Shown here piece after piece: positions 50,710 through 59,825 of a stretch of DNA of 64,000 nt. The position numbers and the translations under genes are program-made. This stretch comes from Muribaculaceae bacterium. GTDB lineage: Bacteria; Bacteroidota; Bacteroidia; Bacteroidales; Muribaculaceae. The notes below the pieces were generated by a model that worked only from the letters and a program-made list of their open reading frames with translations, was not told the DNA's origin and made no database searches. The stretch is from the NCBI GenBank assembly GCA_017443765.1, contig JAFSYB010000004.1:2665-66664 (forward strand). Direction: 5' to 3'. Position 1 is the first letter of the stretch. Each line of letters begins with the position of its first letter.

Positions 50710-52753
50710 TCATAGCCTGAATGGCAGCCACTTGTTTTTCAAGTTCCGCCTTCTTCGTGGCTAAGGTTTCCTGTTGCTTCTTAGCCTCATTGAGCTTCTG
50801 CTCCTTATTGGCCGTTTCCTGCTTGATGCTGTCAAGTTTCTCTTGGAACGGGTTAAGCAATCCCTCAATGAATTTTTCCTTCACCTCCTGGATAATCCTA
50901 TCCTTAGCCGATGTGATGCCCTCAAGACAATCACTAGCATCGAACTTAGTTTGCAGGTCGGTAATCCACTGTTTAGCACTATTCACATTATCACCATGCG
51001 AAAGAAAATTAACAGCCTTTCCCAAAACGCCCCAAGAGGCACCATTAAGAAAGTCGTATAGTACATCTCCAAATCCATAGTCTTCACTTTCATCGTCATC
51101 GGTGAAAGAGAACAGCGAGTTGTCGGTGTCAAAGTTAAAGCACTGGCTCACTCCCTTGACAAAACTGCGCTGGTCGAAGTCGTAATTGGACGGCAACCTC
51201 ATGAGAATCTCCTCCGCATCGGCGAAAAACTCATCGAGCGTACTCTTGATTTTGTGCTTCGCATTGCGGTTGATGTCTGTTGTGACACGTTTCAATGTGC
51301 GTGTAACGAGAAACTGCACTTCTCTATCCAAGTCACCTGTTAGTTTGTCGACACTGCTCCATCGTCCCCAACTGTCGACGATGCCGTTCATTTTCCGGCA
51401 GGCACTATCGACAGCGTCCTCAAGCTGCTGCTCACCATTGTTAACAATCTCTTGGAATGTATTGTCCAAGTCAATCTCAAGCCCATCTATTTTCTTGTTG
51501 ACGCGGCGCGTAACACGCGACACCTTGTTCTCCATCTCCTCAAGCTCATCGTCAGGAGCTTCGAGCATAGCGATGGTTGCATTAGTTTGATTGATTTCTT
51601 CTTCGGCTTTTGCCATCAAGCTATTTCCTTTGGCCAGGATGGAGTTGAGCGGCTTTTTGAACAGAATGGTTTCTTTCTCTCGCTCAATCACTTGACGAAC
51701 AGCCCCAATAAGGTCATCGATGTGGCTCTTGGCACGCATCTCGGCCTGTGAGGAAATCTCGAAAATGTCGCAAGCCCGATGCCAGGCATGGGCAAGATTC
51801 TCGTTGGCGTTGACTCGGCTCATTCCCAAGGTTGAGATTAGTGCCATCTCGGCCGACAGCGGAATGGGGGCGGTGTCGCGCAGAATCTCGTTGAGCTGTT
51901 CATCGCCCATCTCCCGGCTGGCCTTGGCAATCTCATTTCGCACATAGTTGCGAATCTCATCCTCCGTCTCGCCGTTCTCATAAGGGATGTCGTACTTATT
52001 TATACCGATGAGCACCTTGCCAATGCCACATTCGCCCACGTTCTTGAAAAGGATACTGCGGTCAGTGGCGTCAAATGGACGACCGGCATAGAGCATCAGC
52101 AGCACCACATCGGCTTTCTTTAGAAAGTCCTTGGTGCGCTCCTCACGCGACACAATCGGGTCGTTAAATCCCGGAGTGTCCACAATGTTCACTCCCTTGA
52201 GATATTCCTTGGGGTAATAAATGGTTACAGCCTTGGTGATGGATACGTATTTCCCATCGGCACCTACATACTGTTCCAAGTTCTCAAAGACATCAGTTGT
52301 TTTGCGACCCAGCATCGAGTTAAGCTGGCCACCCAAGCGGTCAGACTTCTCTACCAATTCTTTTGCAGCCTTGACCTTTGATTTCTTCAGTTCGTCATCG
52401 TTCTCCTCAATTGGCATTTTAGCCATCATCAGTTGCTCTTCCCATTCATTGGGGGTGTAAAACTCGGCCTCCAGCTTCTTCTCTGGGCCGTAGGTAATGA
52501 CCGACAGTGCTGCTGTCATGGGGGTGGTGGCTGCAGGAAGCACCTCGTCCTCAAACACAAACGAGTTCAGGAACGTGGACTTGCCAGCTTTCATCTGACC
52601 AATCACACCGATGGTCAGCACATCGTTTTCCAATTTGGAGATGTAGTCGGCTTGCTCATCGGCCTTAATCCAGCCGAACTCCGCAGCCTTGTTGATCAGT
52701 TCTTTTACTTTCAGCTTTTTTGCTTGAAGTTCTTCGAAAATGTTTTGTGCCAT
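50705..52753 (-). CDS. Dynamin-like GTPase (DLP-C)
   Basis: G1 GQMKAGKS, G2 TTPMT, G3 DTPG, G4 NKYD; long helical C-terminus with GASWGVLG paddle-like segment. Confidence 0.9.
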   Translation of the reverse strand: MAQNIFEELQAKKLKVKELINKAAEFGWIKADEQADYISKLENDVLTIGVIGQMKAGKSTFLNSFVFEDEVLPAATTPMTAALSVITYGPEKKLEAEFYTPNEWEEQLMMAKMPIEENDDELKKSKVKAAKELVEKSDRLGGQLNSMLGRKTTDVFENLEQYVGADGKYVSITKAVTIYYPKEYLKGVNIVDTPGFNDPIVSREERTKDFLKKADVVLLMLYAGRPFDATDRSILFKNVGECGIGKVLIGINKYDIPYENGETEDEIRNYVRNEIAKASREMGDEQLNEILRDTAPIPLSAEMALISTLGMSRVNANENLAHAWHRACDIFEISSQAEMRAKSHIDDLIGAVRQVIEREKETILFKKPLNSILAKGNSLMAKAEEEINQTNATIAMLEAPDDELEEMENKVSRVTRRVNKKIDGLEIDLDNTFQEIVNNGEQQLEDAVDSACRKMNGIVDSWGRWSSVDKLTGDLDREVQFLVTRTLKRVTTDINRNAKHKIKSTLDEFFADAEEILMRLPSNYDFDQRSFVKGVSQCFNFDTDNSLFSFTDDDESEDYGFGDVLYDFLNGASWGVLGKAVNFLSHGDNVNSAKQWITDLQTKFDASDCLEGITSAKDRIIQEVKEKFIEGLLNPFQEKLDSIKQETANKEQKLNEAKKQQETLATKKAELEKQVAAIQAMR

Positions 52754-52767
52754 GTTTATTGTAATTC

Positions 52768-54612
52768 TTATTTGATTCTACTCACAAGCTTGTTGAAATC
52801 AGCCCGCAGTTCATCAATCTCCCTAGTGGTAACTTGCACTCGAATATAGCCCTCGTAAAGGCTTTGAACTTCTTGCTGAATACCCATCTGTTCATCATAT
52901 AAATTACACAGCGCATCCATGCGCGTCCCGTAAATTGAATTCAGCAATTCTTTAAGTCGGTTGAAATCATACTCGCTCATCTCATAGCAGTTACGACTTA
53001 ACCAATGAGTTTCCCATTGCGGAATACCCTCAGCCGCTTCGCATTCAGAGCGTGTGGCATTGATGTGGCTGAGATATCTTTCCACACTGTCATTTCCTGC
53101 TTTGACTTTCGCATCATATTCATTTTTTGCGTTCTGCACTTCTTCTTCAAAATGATTGTATGCCCCATCGATGGCTTCGCGTACTTCATTTAAATAGTCG
53201 CTATCAGTAGTGGTGCTGTTTACTTGCTGAATTGGCCGCATGATGTCGGCCAGCGGTGCTTTCGACGAGAAACGGATAAACGCTACGACAGGCACGCCCT
53301 CACGTGCAAAAGTATCACGGATGAGTTTTTCCACTTTGTCAACCTCCGACTTTGACTTAGTGTCCACTTTGTTGATAACAACATAAACGGGCTTTTTCAG
53401 GTTGTTTTTGATAAGATTGATAGATGTCTTGTTCACAGTGCCAGCATTGACATCAAACACCCAAAACAATGCATCGCACTCGTTGATGACTTCGATGGTG
53501 CGCTCACTGTCTTCTTTGTCGCTTGAACTGAATCCTGGGGTGTCGAGAATACTCAAATTGTTCAAATTGTCGTTTTTATAGCTCATCACAAAGTACTTGA
53601 TGAGACTTGACACGCCGTTCACTTGGTCGAGGACTTCTTTGGTCACACGCCTAAAGTCACTCTCACTGATACTTTTTAATTTGTTGTCAGGCGTGTAGAA
53701 CTGGTATATCGTCTTAACCCCACCAGTGATGTAGGTCGGAACCGCTGTGGTGGCCTTGGTGCTTACGGGCAACAAGGGCACATTGGGGTCGTCCTGCGAG
53801 AGGATACGGTTGACAATCGATGTTTTTCCGGCCGAGAACTCACCCACAAAAGCGATAGATATTTTCCCAGAAATCCAATTCTTTTTGGCAACAGCCTCCC
53901 ATCGTTTTCGACTATCATTGAAGAACGCTTTTAAATAGTCATTGAAATTATAAAGTTCTTTAAACTTATCTTGCAACCTACCCTCGATAAAATCGCTTAG
54001 CGATTCAATGGCACGGTAGCGTGCCGATGTATTGCTGTCGCTGTACTCCTGTGCCGAGAGGATACTCTGAACGAAATTGAGCGACTCCATCTTCAAACTC
54101 AATTCATTCATCGTCTGCTGGAGCTCGGCTTTCATCCGCTCCAACTCTTGAGCTTTCTGCTGATGGTCCTTTACCAACAGTTCTTTTTCCCTTTCCAGCT
54201 CGCTGAACTCCGCGTTTCTTTTCTTCAGCTTCTTTTCCTTTTCCTCAAGGTCATCCTCAAATTCCTCAATTTGGTCTTCAAGGTCTTTGATTTTCTTTTT
54301 CAATTTCTCGGTGTCGGCCAGTTGAGTTACCACTTTAGAATCCACCTTTCCGTCTTTCACCGCTTGTTTTAGTTGCGCATCAAGGGATTCTGCTTTATCA
54401 GTAGCTTCTTTAAGCAATTTCTCGATTTTGGTTTTTTGCTCTTTCAGTTTCTCGTAATCGGCAAGACGCTCCATTATTTCAGCATCCTGATTTTGAGAAC
54501 TGCTCCGCAACTGGTCAGCAATGCTTGGAGACTTTACCTTGATTACAATATAGGTGATTGCTGCACCCACGATGGCAGCCACCACAATCAGAATAACGCT
54601 TAACACATTCAT
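52768..54612 (-). CDS. Dynamin-like GTPase with N-terminal TM helix and coiled coil (DLP-B)
   Basis: N-terminal VLSVILIVVAAIVGAAITYIVI; ~200-aa coiled coil; G1 GEFSAGKT, G3 DTPG, G4 NKVD. Confidence 0.88.
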   Translation of the reverse strand: MNVLSVILIVVAAIVGAAITYIVIKVKSPSIADQLRSSSQNQDAEIMERLADYEKLKEQKTKIEKLLKEATDKAESLDAQLKQAVKDGKVDSKVVTQLADTEKLKKKIKDLEDQIEEFEDDLEEKEKKLKKRNAEFSELEREKELLVKDHQQKAQELERMKAELQQTMNELSLKMESLNFVQSILSAQEYSDSNTSARYRAIESLSDFIEGRLQDKFKELYNFNDYLKAFFNDSRKRWEAVAKKNWISGKISIAFVGEFSAGKTSIVNRILSQDDPNVPLLPVSTKATTAVPTYITGGVKTIYQFYTPDNKLKSISESDFRRVTKEVLDQVNGVSSLIKYFVMSYKNDNLNNLSILDTPGFSSSDKEDSERTIEVINECDALFWVFDVNAGTVNKTSINLIKNNLKKPVYVVINKVDTKSKSEVDKVEKLIRDTFAREGVPVVAFIRFSSKAPLADIMRPIQQVNSTTTDSDYLNEVREAIDGAYNHFEEEVQNAKNEYDAKVKAGNDSVERYLSHINATRSECEAAEGIPQWETHWLSRNCYEMSEYDFNRLKELLNSIYGTRMDALCNLYDEQMGIQQEVQSLYEGYIRVQVTTREIDELRADFNKLVSRIK

Positions 54613-54618
54613 ATCGTC

Positions 54619-55005
54619 TTACTTGTTTTTGAGTTGCGCAATTTCAATCTCATAACTCTCGCAGGCTGTCTTGTACTCCTGCAGCTTGCGCAGCAAGTCG
54701 TCGTTCTGCCGAGTGAGTTTCTTGATGGTTGCCTTTGCATCTTCAAGGTCTTCCTCAAGGTTATCGGCATCATCATCCTTGTCCTTGAACCGTGTCTGGA
54801 GTTTCTGCAACTCGCGCGTCAAGTCCTCAACGCGCCGCTCTGCTTCCTTGTTGCGGTTGCGAAGTTTCTCGTTCTCGGCATACAGCTCATTGAGTTGTTG
54901 CGAGTTGTTCTGCTTGTCAGAGTCATTTTTGGTCAGGGCATCTTTAGCCACGATGGCACCAGCTCCTACGGCTGCGCCAATAATAAATCCTACCATATTA
55001 TCCAT
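54619..55005 (-). CDS. Small membrane-anchored coiled-coil protein
   Basis: MVGFIIGAAVGAGAIVA then charged heptads; 5-6 nt gaps to both neighbours. Confidence 0.85.
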   Translation of the reverse strand: MDNMVGFIIGAAVGAGAIVAKDALTKNDSDKQNNSQQLNELYAENEKLRNRNKEAERRVEDLTRELQKLQTRFKDKDDDADNLEEDLEDAKATIKKLTRQNDDLLRKLQEYKTACESYEIEIAQLKNK

Positions 55006-55010
55006 ATTTG

Positions 55011-56885
55011 TTACTGTGTTAGCAATTCATTCTTGTAATCACGAATCTCGCTCATGCGTTTGTTGAACGCATCTTTTTCATTCTCAAATTGCTGGACCAG
55101 ACCCTCCAAGGCCAGCTTTTTCTCTGCAACGGTCACCTCTGCTGCGCTTTGCAGCAGACTTCTCACCGCAGCCACCACTTGGCCGCAGTTACGGGTCATG
55201 GCTTGGCGGAATTCTGGCATAAGCGACTCATCAATATAGTTGTGGATGGCACGACGGCGCTGGGGCTTTCCCCACGTCTTGTCAGTTACAAAGCCCACCA
55301 TGCCTTCGATGAAGCCTTTCTTCTGTCCGGTCTGTTGACCGATAGCTTGATTGATATTGTTTACGTTCTGATACTGATTACCTGCTTCTTGAGCCAGCAC
55401 CATAGCCTTCTCCACACGGCTCGCTGTGCGGGCATTAGAAATCATGCTACCAATGTCGGAGACTGTATCAATTACACCTGCTGCACCCACTGCCATCTCT
55501 CCAGTAGTCAGTGCAGCTGCCCCTCCTGCGGCAGCCTCGCCCACTGCGGCAGCTTCGCCCGCAGCGGCAGCTCCCGCCGCAGGTGCTGCTGCACCTGCCG
55601 TGGCCACAACAGCTGCTACAGCAGCCACAGTCCCTACGACCTTCACCCCGGTAGCGATGACGCCATCATGCTCGTGGCCGATGGAATTCAAGTCCAGATT
55701 GAACGACAAACCGCTCACGTTGAGTTGCGACAGGTCAACACTCTGAATGCTCTGCAAGTCCAAATCTGTGTTGCTCCGCTGTTGGCTTTGTTCCATGAGT
55801 ATGCGGCTCACATTGGTCTTGAACTCATTGAGGTTGATGCTGGCAAGATTGTTGATGGCTGCAACCGCCTCGGCATTGTAATTGTCACTTTTCGATGAAA
55901 CAATGTAGTCGAGGCGCGTGAATACCGTGTCCTCAAATTGTCGGCAGATGCGCGTCTGCTCCTCCTCGATTGAGTTCTGAGCATTGTTCACCATGCGATT
56001 AATGGTATTTGAAATCTTGCGCAACTCAAGTTCTTTAGCTTGGATGGCATCTTTTAATTCCTTATCGGAGTGCGATGCTGCTAACATCTCATCGATGTGC
56101 CGAATCATCGCGCTTGTGATGTTCTTAACACGCTGCTGGTTCACCTGTTCAAGAATTACCCGTTTCTCCAGTTGGACCGAGGCAAGCAACGAAACGAACT
56201 CCTGCGTTTCACCTTTAGTAGAAGATACGCTCACCACTTGCTTCAATGGAAGTTTACATTCTTGGGCAAGCCTTTGCTTGGTTTCCTCTATTGCCTGGGC
56301 TGTCTTGGTGTCGCAATGAGTAATCACAAGGAACACTGGCCGCTTGGCCAGTTCCATAGTTGCGATGAAATCGGTAAGCGTGCGCGTGAGCTGAGCGTTA
56401 ATGTCCATCACAAGAAGGATGGCATCAGCCTTGGGAAGGAAATCAATGAGAACTTGGCGGTGCTCGGCGATTTTAGATGAAAGTCCCGGAGTGTCAACCA
56501 AGATGATACTTGAAGACACGCGGTTCGATGTGTCGCACACGTTCACAACCAACGAGTCTTTCAGTTCCTCATTCCTTAGTTCGTCAAATCGTTCAGTCGT
56601 TTTCTTGCTACCATTATTATATATGACTTCGGCCTCGCATTTATCGCAGCCAAAGTGAATCTCAAATAATGTAGCCGTGGTTTCTTTTCTCGCTGTTTCC
56701 AACTTATAAGTTGAATCAAGCAGCGCATTGATGAGTGTCGTTTTGCCAGAGCTGAACTCACCCACCAAAGGCATGATTAGTTCGCATTCTTGTTCGTCAG
56801 AACGCTGTTTGATGAGCTTGAGCTGCTCCGCCTCATTAATCAATCCCAAATCTTGAGAGATTTCAATTAGTCGTTCTATGTTCAT
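55011..56885 (-). CDS. Dynamin-like GTPase (DLP-A) with Ala/Gly-rich hydrophobic insert
   Basis: G1 GEFSSGKT, G3 DTPG, G4 variant THCD; TAATTTTG box at 56933-56940. Confidence 0.88.
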   Translation of the reverse strand: MNIERLIEISQDLGLINEAEQLKLIKQRSDEQECELIMPLVGEFSSGKTTLINALLDSTYKLETARKETTATLFEIHFGCDKCEAEVIYNNGSKKTTERFDELRNEELKDSLVVNVCDTSNRVSSSIILVDTPGLSSKIAEHRQVLIDFLPKADAILLVMDINAQLTRTLTDFIATMELAKRPVFLVITHCDTKTAQAIEETKQRLAQECKLPLKQVVSVSSTKGETQEFVSLLASVQLEKRVILEQVNQQRVKNITSAMIRHIDEMLAASHSDKELKDAIQAKELELRKISNTINRMVNNAQNSIEEEQTRICRQFEDTVFTRLDYIVSSKSDNYNAEAVAAINNLASINLNEFKTNVSRILMEQSQQRSNTDLDLQSIQSVDLSQLNVSGLSFNLDLNSIGHEHDGVIATGVKVVGTVAAVAAVVATAGAAAPAAGAAAAGEAAAVGEAAAGGAAALTTGEMAVGAAGVIDTVSDIGSMISNARTASRVEKAMVLAQEAGNQYQNVNNINQAIGQQTGQKKGFIEGMVGFVTDKTWGKPQRRRAIHNYIDESLMPEFRQAMTRNCGQVVAAVRSLLQSAAEVTVAEKKLALEGLVQQFENEKDAFNKRMSEIRDYKNELLTQ

Positions 56886-57115
56886 AATTGTTAATGACTA
56901 TTTATTGGTGATTGTTTTTTCTTCTGTAAATGCAAAATTAGACAAAACTCCAAATTCGTGGAAACGAGAAAACAAAGGAATTATGAATCAAATGGCAAAT
57001 AGTGCGACTTTGCGTAAATAATTACTGAAAGATGGAAAAATACGGGACACAAAAAATGGATTTATCCCTATTTATGTGGCAGCGTTTCTATCACATCGAT
57101 TGAGAACTTGGCATT

Positions 57116-57361
57116 TCAGTTGGTACTGAAACTCTTTCCGCAGCTGTGGCAATGGTACTCTGCGTTTTCCGACGGGTTGTCGTGTCGTGGCTGCTGTCCG
57201 TCGACGTGCAGCATGAAAAATTTGCATAGGACTACTGACATCAAGCCGCTTATTCCTGCCGCGCCAAAGTGCCTGCCACTATTAGCATGCCCTTCTGCAA
57301 CGGCCTTGTAGTGGTTGACGTTCAGACTGCCACAATACGGACAACGCACGCTCTCAATCAT
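57116..57361 (-). CDS. Small split zinc-ribbon protein
   Basis: CPYCGS...CHSCGKSF flanking a Gly-rich hydrophobic stretch. Confidence 0.7.
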   Translation of the reverse strand: MIESVRCPYCGSLNVNHYKAVAEGHANSGRHFGAAGISGLMSVVLCKFFMLHVDGQQPRHDNPSENAEYHCHSCGKSFSTN

Positions 57362-57386
57362 GGTTCAATAAGCCTTCTTGGCCTGG

Positions 57387-57695
57387 TCAATGAACGACGT
57401 GATGAACTATGACTACCTCGCTGACTGTAGAGTTGAGATCTGAACCCGACATGGAGCCGTTTGCACTGCGACCTGCGGCTATACGCAGCACCTTGGGACA
57501 GACATGACCCGAAGCGAGTGTGACGGCATACTGCGCCGCAGTCATGACCACGGCACCGCCACTCGTGCCAATGAATGGCACGACCTTCAAGGCACTGGCC
57601 ACGCCCGAAGCAGCAATGTGGCCCGCCCGATTGGTTGCCGCCCCCGAGCCTGTGGCCTTGATGATATTATCACCAACAATATATCCTTCATTCAT
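57387..57695 (-). CDS. Small Gly/Ala-rich hydrophobic protein (possibly frameshifted near 3' end)
   Basis: ASGVASALKVVPFIGTSGGAVV; shifted frame would end FIDQAKKAY* at 57365, 3 nt before the next ATG. Confidence 0.55.
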   Translation of the reverse strand: MNEGYIVGDNIIKATGSGAATNRAGHIAASGVASALKVVPFIGTSGGAVVMTAAQYAVTLASGHVCPKVLRIAAGRSANGSMSGSDLNSTVSEVVIVHHVVH

Positions 57696-57706
57696 TGTTG
57701 AGGGAA

Positions 57707-57925
57707 TTAGTTTAGACGTTCAACGGCGAGATAGCTCATGTTCAGCGCGCCGACACGGCGAAGGTCTACACCATATATGCGCATGAACGCGCTTGCCACT
57801 GCTTGCGGATTGGAGAGCACGGGATTGCTCATCGATTGTGTGACTACCTCAACGCTCATGCCGGGCTCAATGCGTTCGCCGTTGGCGTTTTTCATCTGTC
57901 GTGTAGTAATGATAAATCTTGCCAT
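57707..57925 (-). CDS. Small conserved Bacteroidetes protein, resembles DUF6140
   Basis: NG.RIEPGMSV, AFMRIYGVD pattern recalled for that family; TAACTTTG box at 57993-58000. Confidence 0.7.
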   Translation of the reverse strand: MARFIITTRQMKNANGERIEPGMSVEVVTQSMSNPVLSNPQAVASAFMRIYGVDLRRVGALNMSYLAVERLN

Positions 57926-58184
57926 TGTTTATAAGTGTTTTAGGTATGTATCCTATTGGTTGTTGCATAGAAGTCTGGCTCGATGCCCATTGCAAAGTTA
58001 CAACCATATCTTGCGCCTTCTCAATGAGACAAATCATTATTTTCTATGAAGAAAGCACATTTGCGGTGTTTGCGTATAATTCTACGGAAAGTCAATATTT
58101 TCAATGACAAGATATCGATGGCAGGAGCGGAATGTTGCGAATGACGTGCAAAGTGAGTAACTTTGCAGTGTACAATTACTATTC

Positions 58185-59586
58185 TTGACGATGATGAACG
58201 AGGAGACCGAGATGAGACAACTCAAGGATGACTTGCGTCTGATTGAGCGCACGCGTCTGTTACGCAATACCAACGCCGAACTTGGCGCATTAGTGGACTA
58301 CCCCCTCGACAAAGGCAACAGCCTCACACGCAAGGGTGGCAACTCGCTTGTGATGAAACGCGCCGTACTCTCGTTGCTGGCCGAAATCGCCCACAAAGAA
58401 TCGGGCCTGAACCTGAACGACGTGTTGGCACACTACCGCACAGTCGATGCTTTGTTGACTAATCAACGTGTAAGGGTTCGGGGCATCGAAGCGGCTTGCG
58501 CTGTGGCACGCCATTATTTTTTCGACACTCCGTTGCCGCCCAAACTCTCGTCACTCGCGAGGCACATCACACCAGGCGAGCTGCCAGTGCTCATGCTCAT
58601 GCTGCTTGAAGTGCTGCCGCAACCAAGCGAGAACAGTGGCGATGTGAAAGACTTCGCCACGCTGTACGAGCGCGTCGTCCACACGCTAACCCATGTGCTC
58701 AACAACACTGACGAGTGCACTAATGGCCGCACCGTCGCCCTAAAGACTATCCCAGCGCTATCGCGCATTGACGATGATTACCGTCGGGGCGAGATTAACA
58801 GTCGGTTGTCGCTCATCGCCATCACCAATCTTGCCCTCCAGGCATTCTATCATGTTCTCATGCCACATCTGTCGCTGGAGGAAAACTTACAGATGTGTCG
58901 CGAAATGGTTTTTCCCGATGGTATCGGCGACCTCTATGGGAATGAGAAGCGCGACACTCAATTCTGGCGCGTCGAGCGTGTCGAGAATGCCTATTTCCTA
59001 TATCACTACCATCCGCGACGCGAACAGCGGCAATTGCATTACACCCGTTTCATGTTCAAGTTGTTCAGCGAACCTGGCGGCAAGTTGATGGCGTTGGTGA
59101 CACATCCGTTGTCAATGGTTGATATTATTGCCGGACGACCCGTGGACGAGCGACACTATGCCTTCCTTGACTGCGTGCTTCTGCCCGACGGTGTACTGTC
59201 GTTTGTGCCTCGGGTCAGGGCATTCTCTTGGTTCACTCGCATAGCGAGCAAACTTATTCCCTTGAAAGGTGAGAACCCCTATCGGCAAATGTTTAAAAAG
59301 TATGAGCTTATTGATGCCTTTGCCGAAGCAGCCTACGATTTCGAGATTACTCTGCAAAGCATCACGTGCGACGCGATAGTTCTGGGTGATGGCGATGGCG
59401 GCACCTACACAGTGCCCAAGCGGTTAAAACCCACCTTTGATGCCGTTGATTTCAACCAATCGATTGGCGTTCTGAAGATGGCCGGGACGCACCTACCTTG
59501 CCTTTGATGAACACCGCGTTTACATCGACGTCACCGACGAGGAAAAAATGCGCGCACTCGGCATCTCGCACTCCCCCGCTTCTTGA
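58185..59586 (+). CDS. Hypothetical protein, putative regulator; probable +1 frameshift near 59485
   Basis: ORF 58185-59507; the +1 frame continues RTYLAFDEHRVYIDVTDEEKMRALGISHSPAS* to 59586; divergent from small-gene cassette. Confidence 0.65.
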
Positions 59587-59825
59587 CTTCTCCCAAATTC
59601 TTGCCATGGCGAGGGTGTCGAAACGGCAGTAGTCGAGCCGTGCTTTACGGGCTTCGCTGCGCTTGCCCTGCGGACTCCCGCGCACCCGCGAGCGCGTGTC
59701 CAGTTTTTTTCACTGAGGTATCAGTACTTTGCGTTTTTATTCGTATATTTGCAGTCGAAACGGAATGGCCACTCGCCACTGCGGTCATTTCGAGCAACTA
59801 CGAAACATCTCATCAAATCCGCTTT

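Larger units (their letters stand above)
40400..59600. other. Accessory/defence hotspot (AT-richer than flanks)
   Basis: Composition shift by eye; R-M, ATPase-nuclease and dynamin genes; no integrase or transposase in the window; boundaries approximate. Confidence 0.75.
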
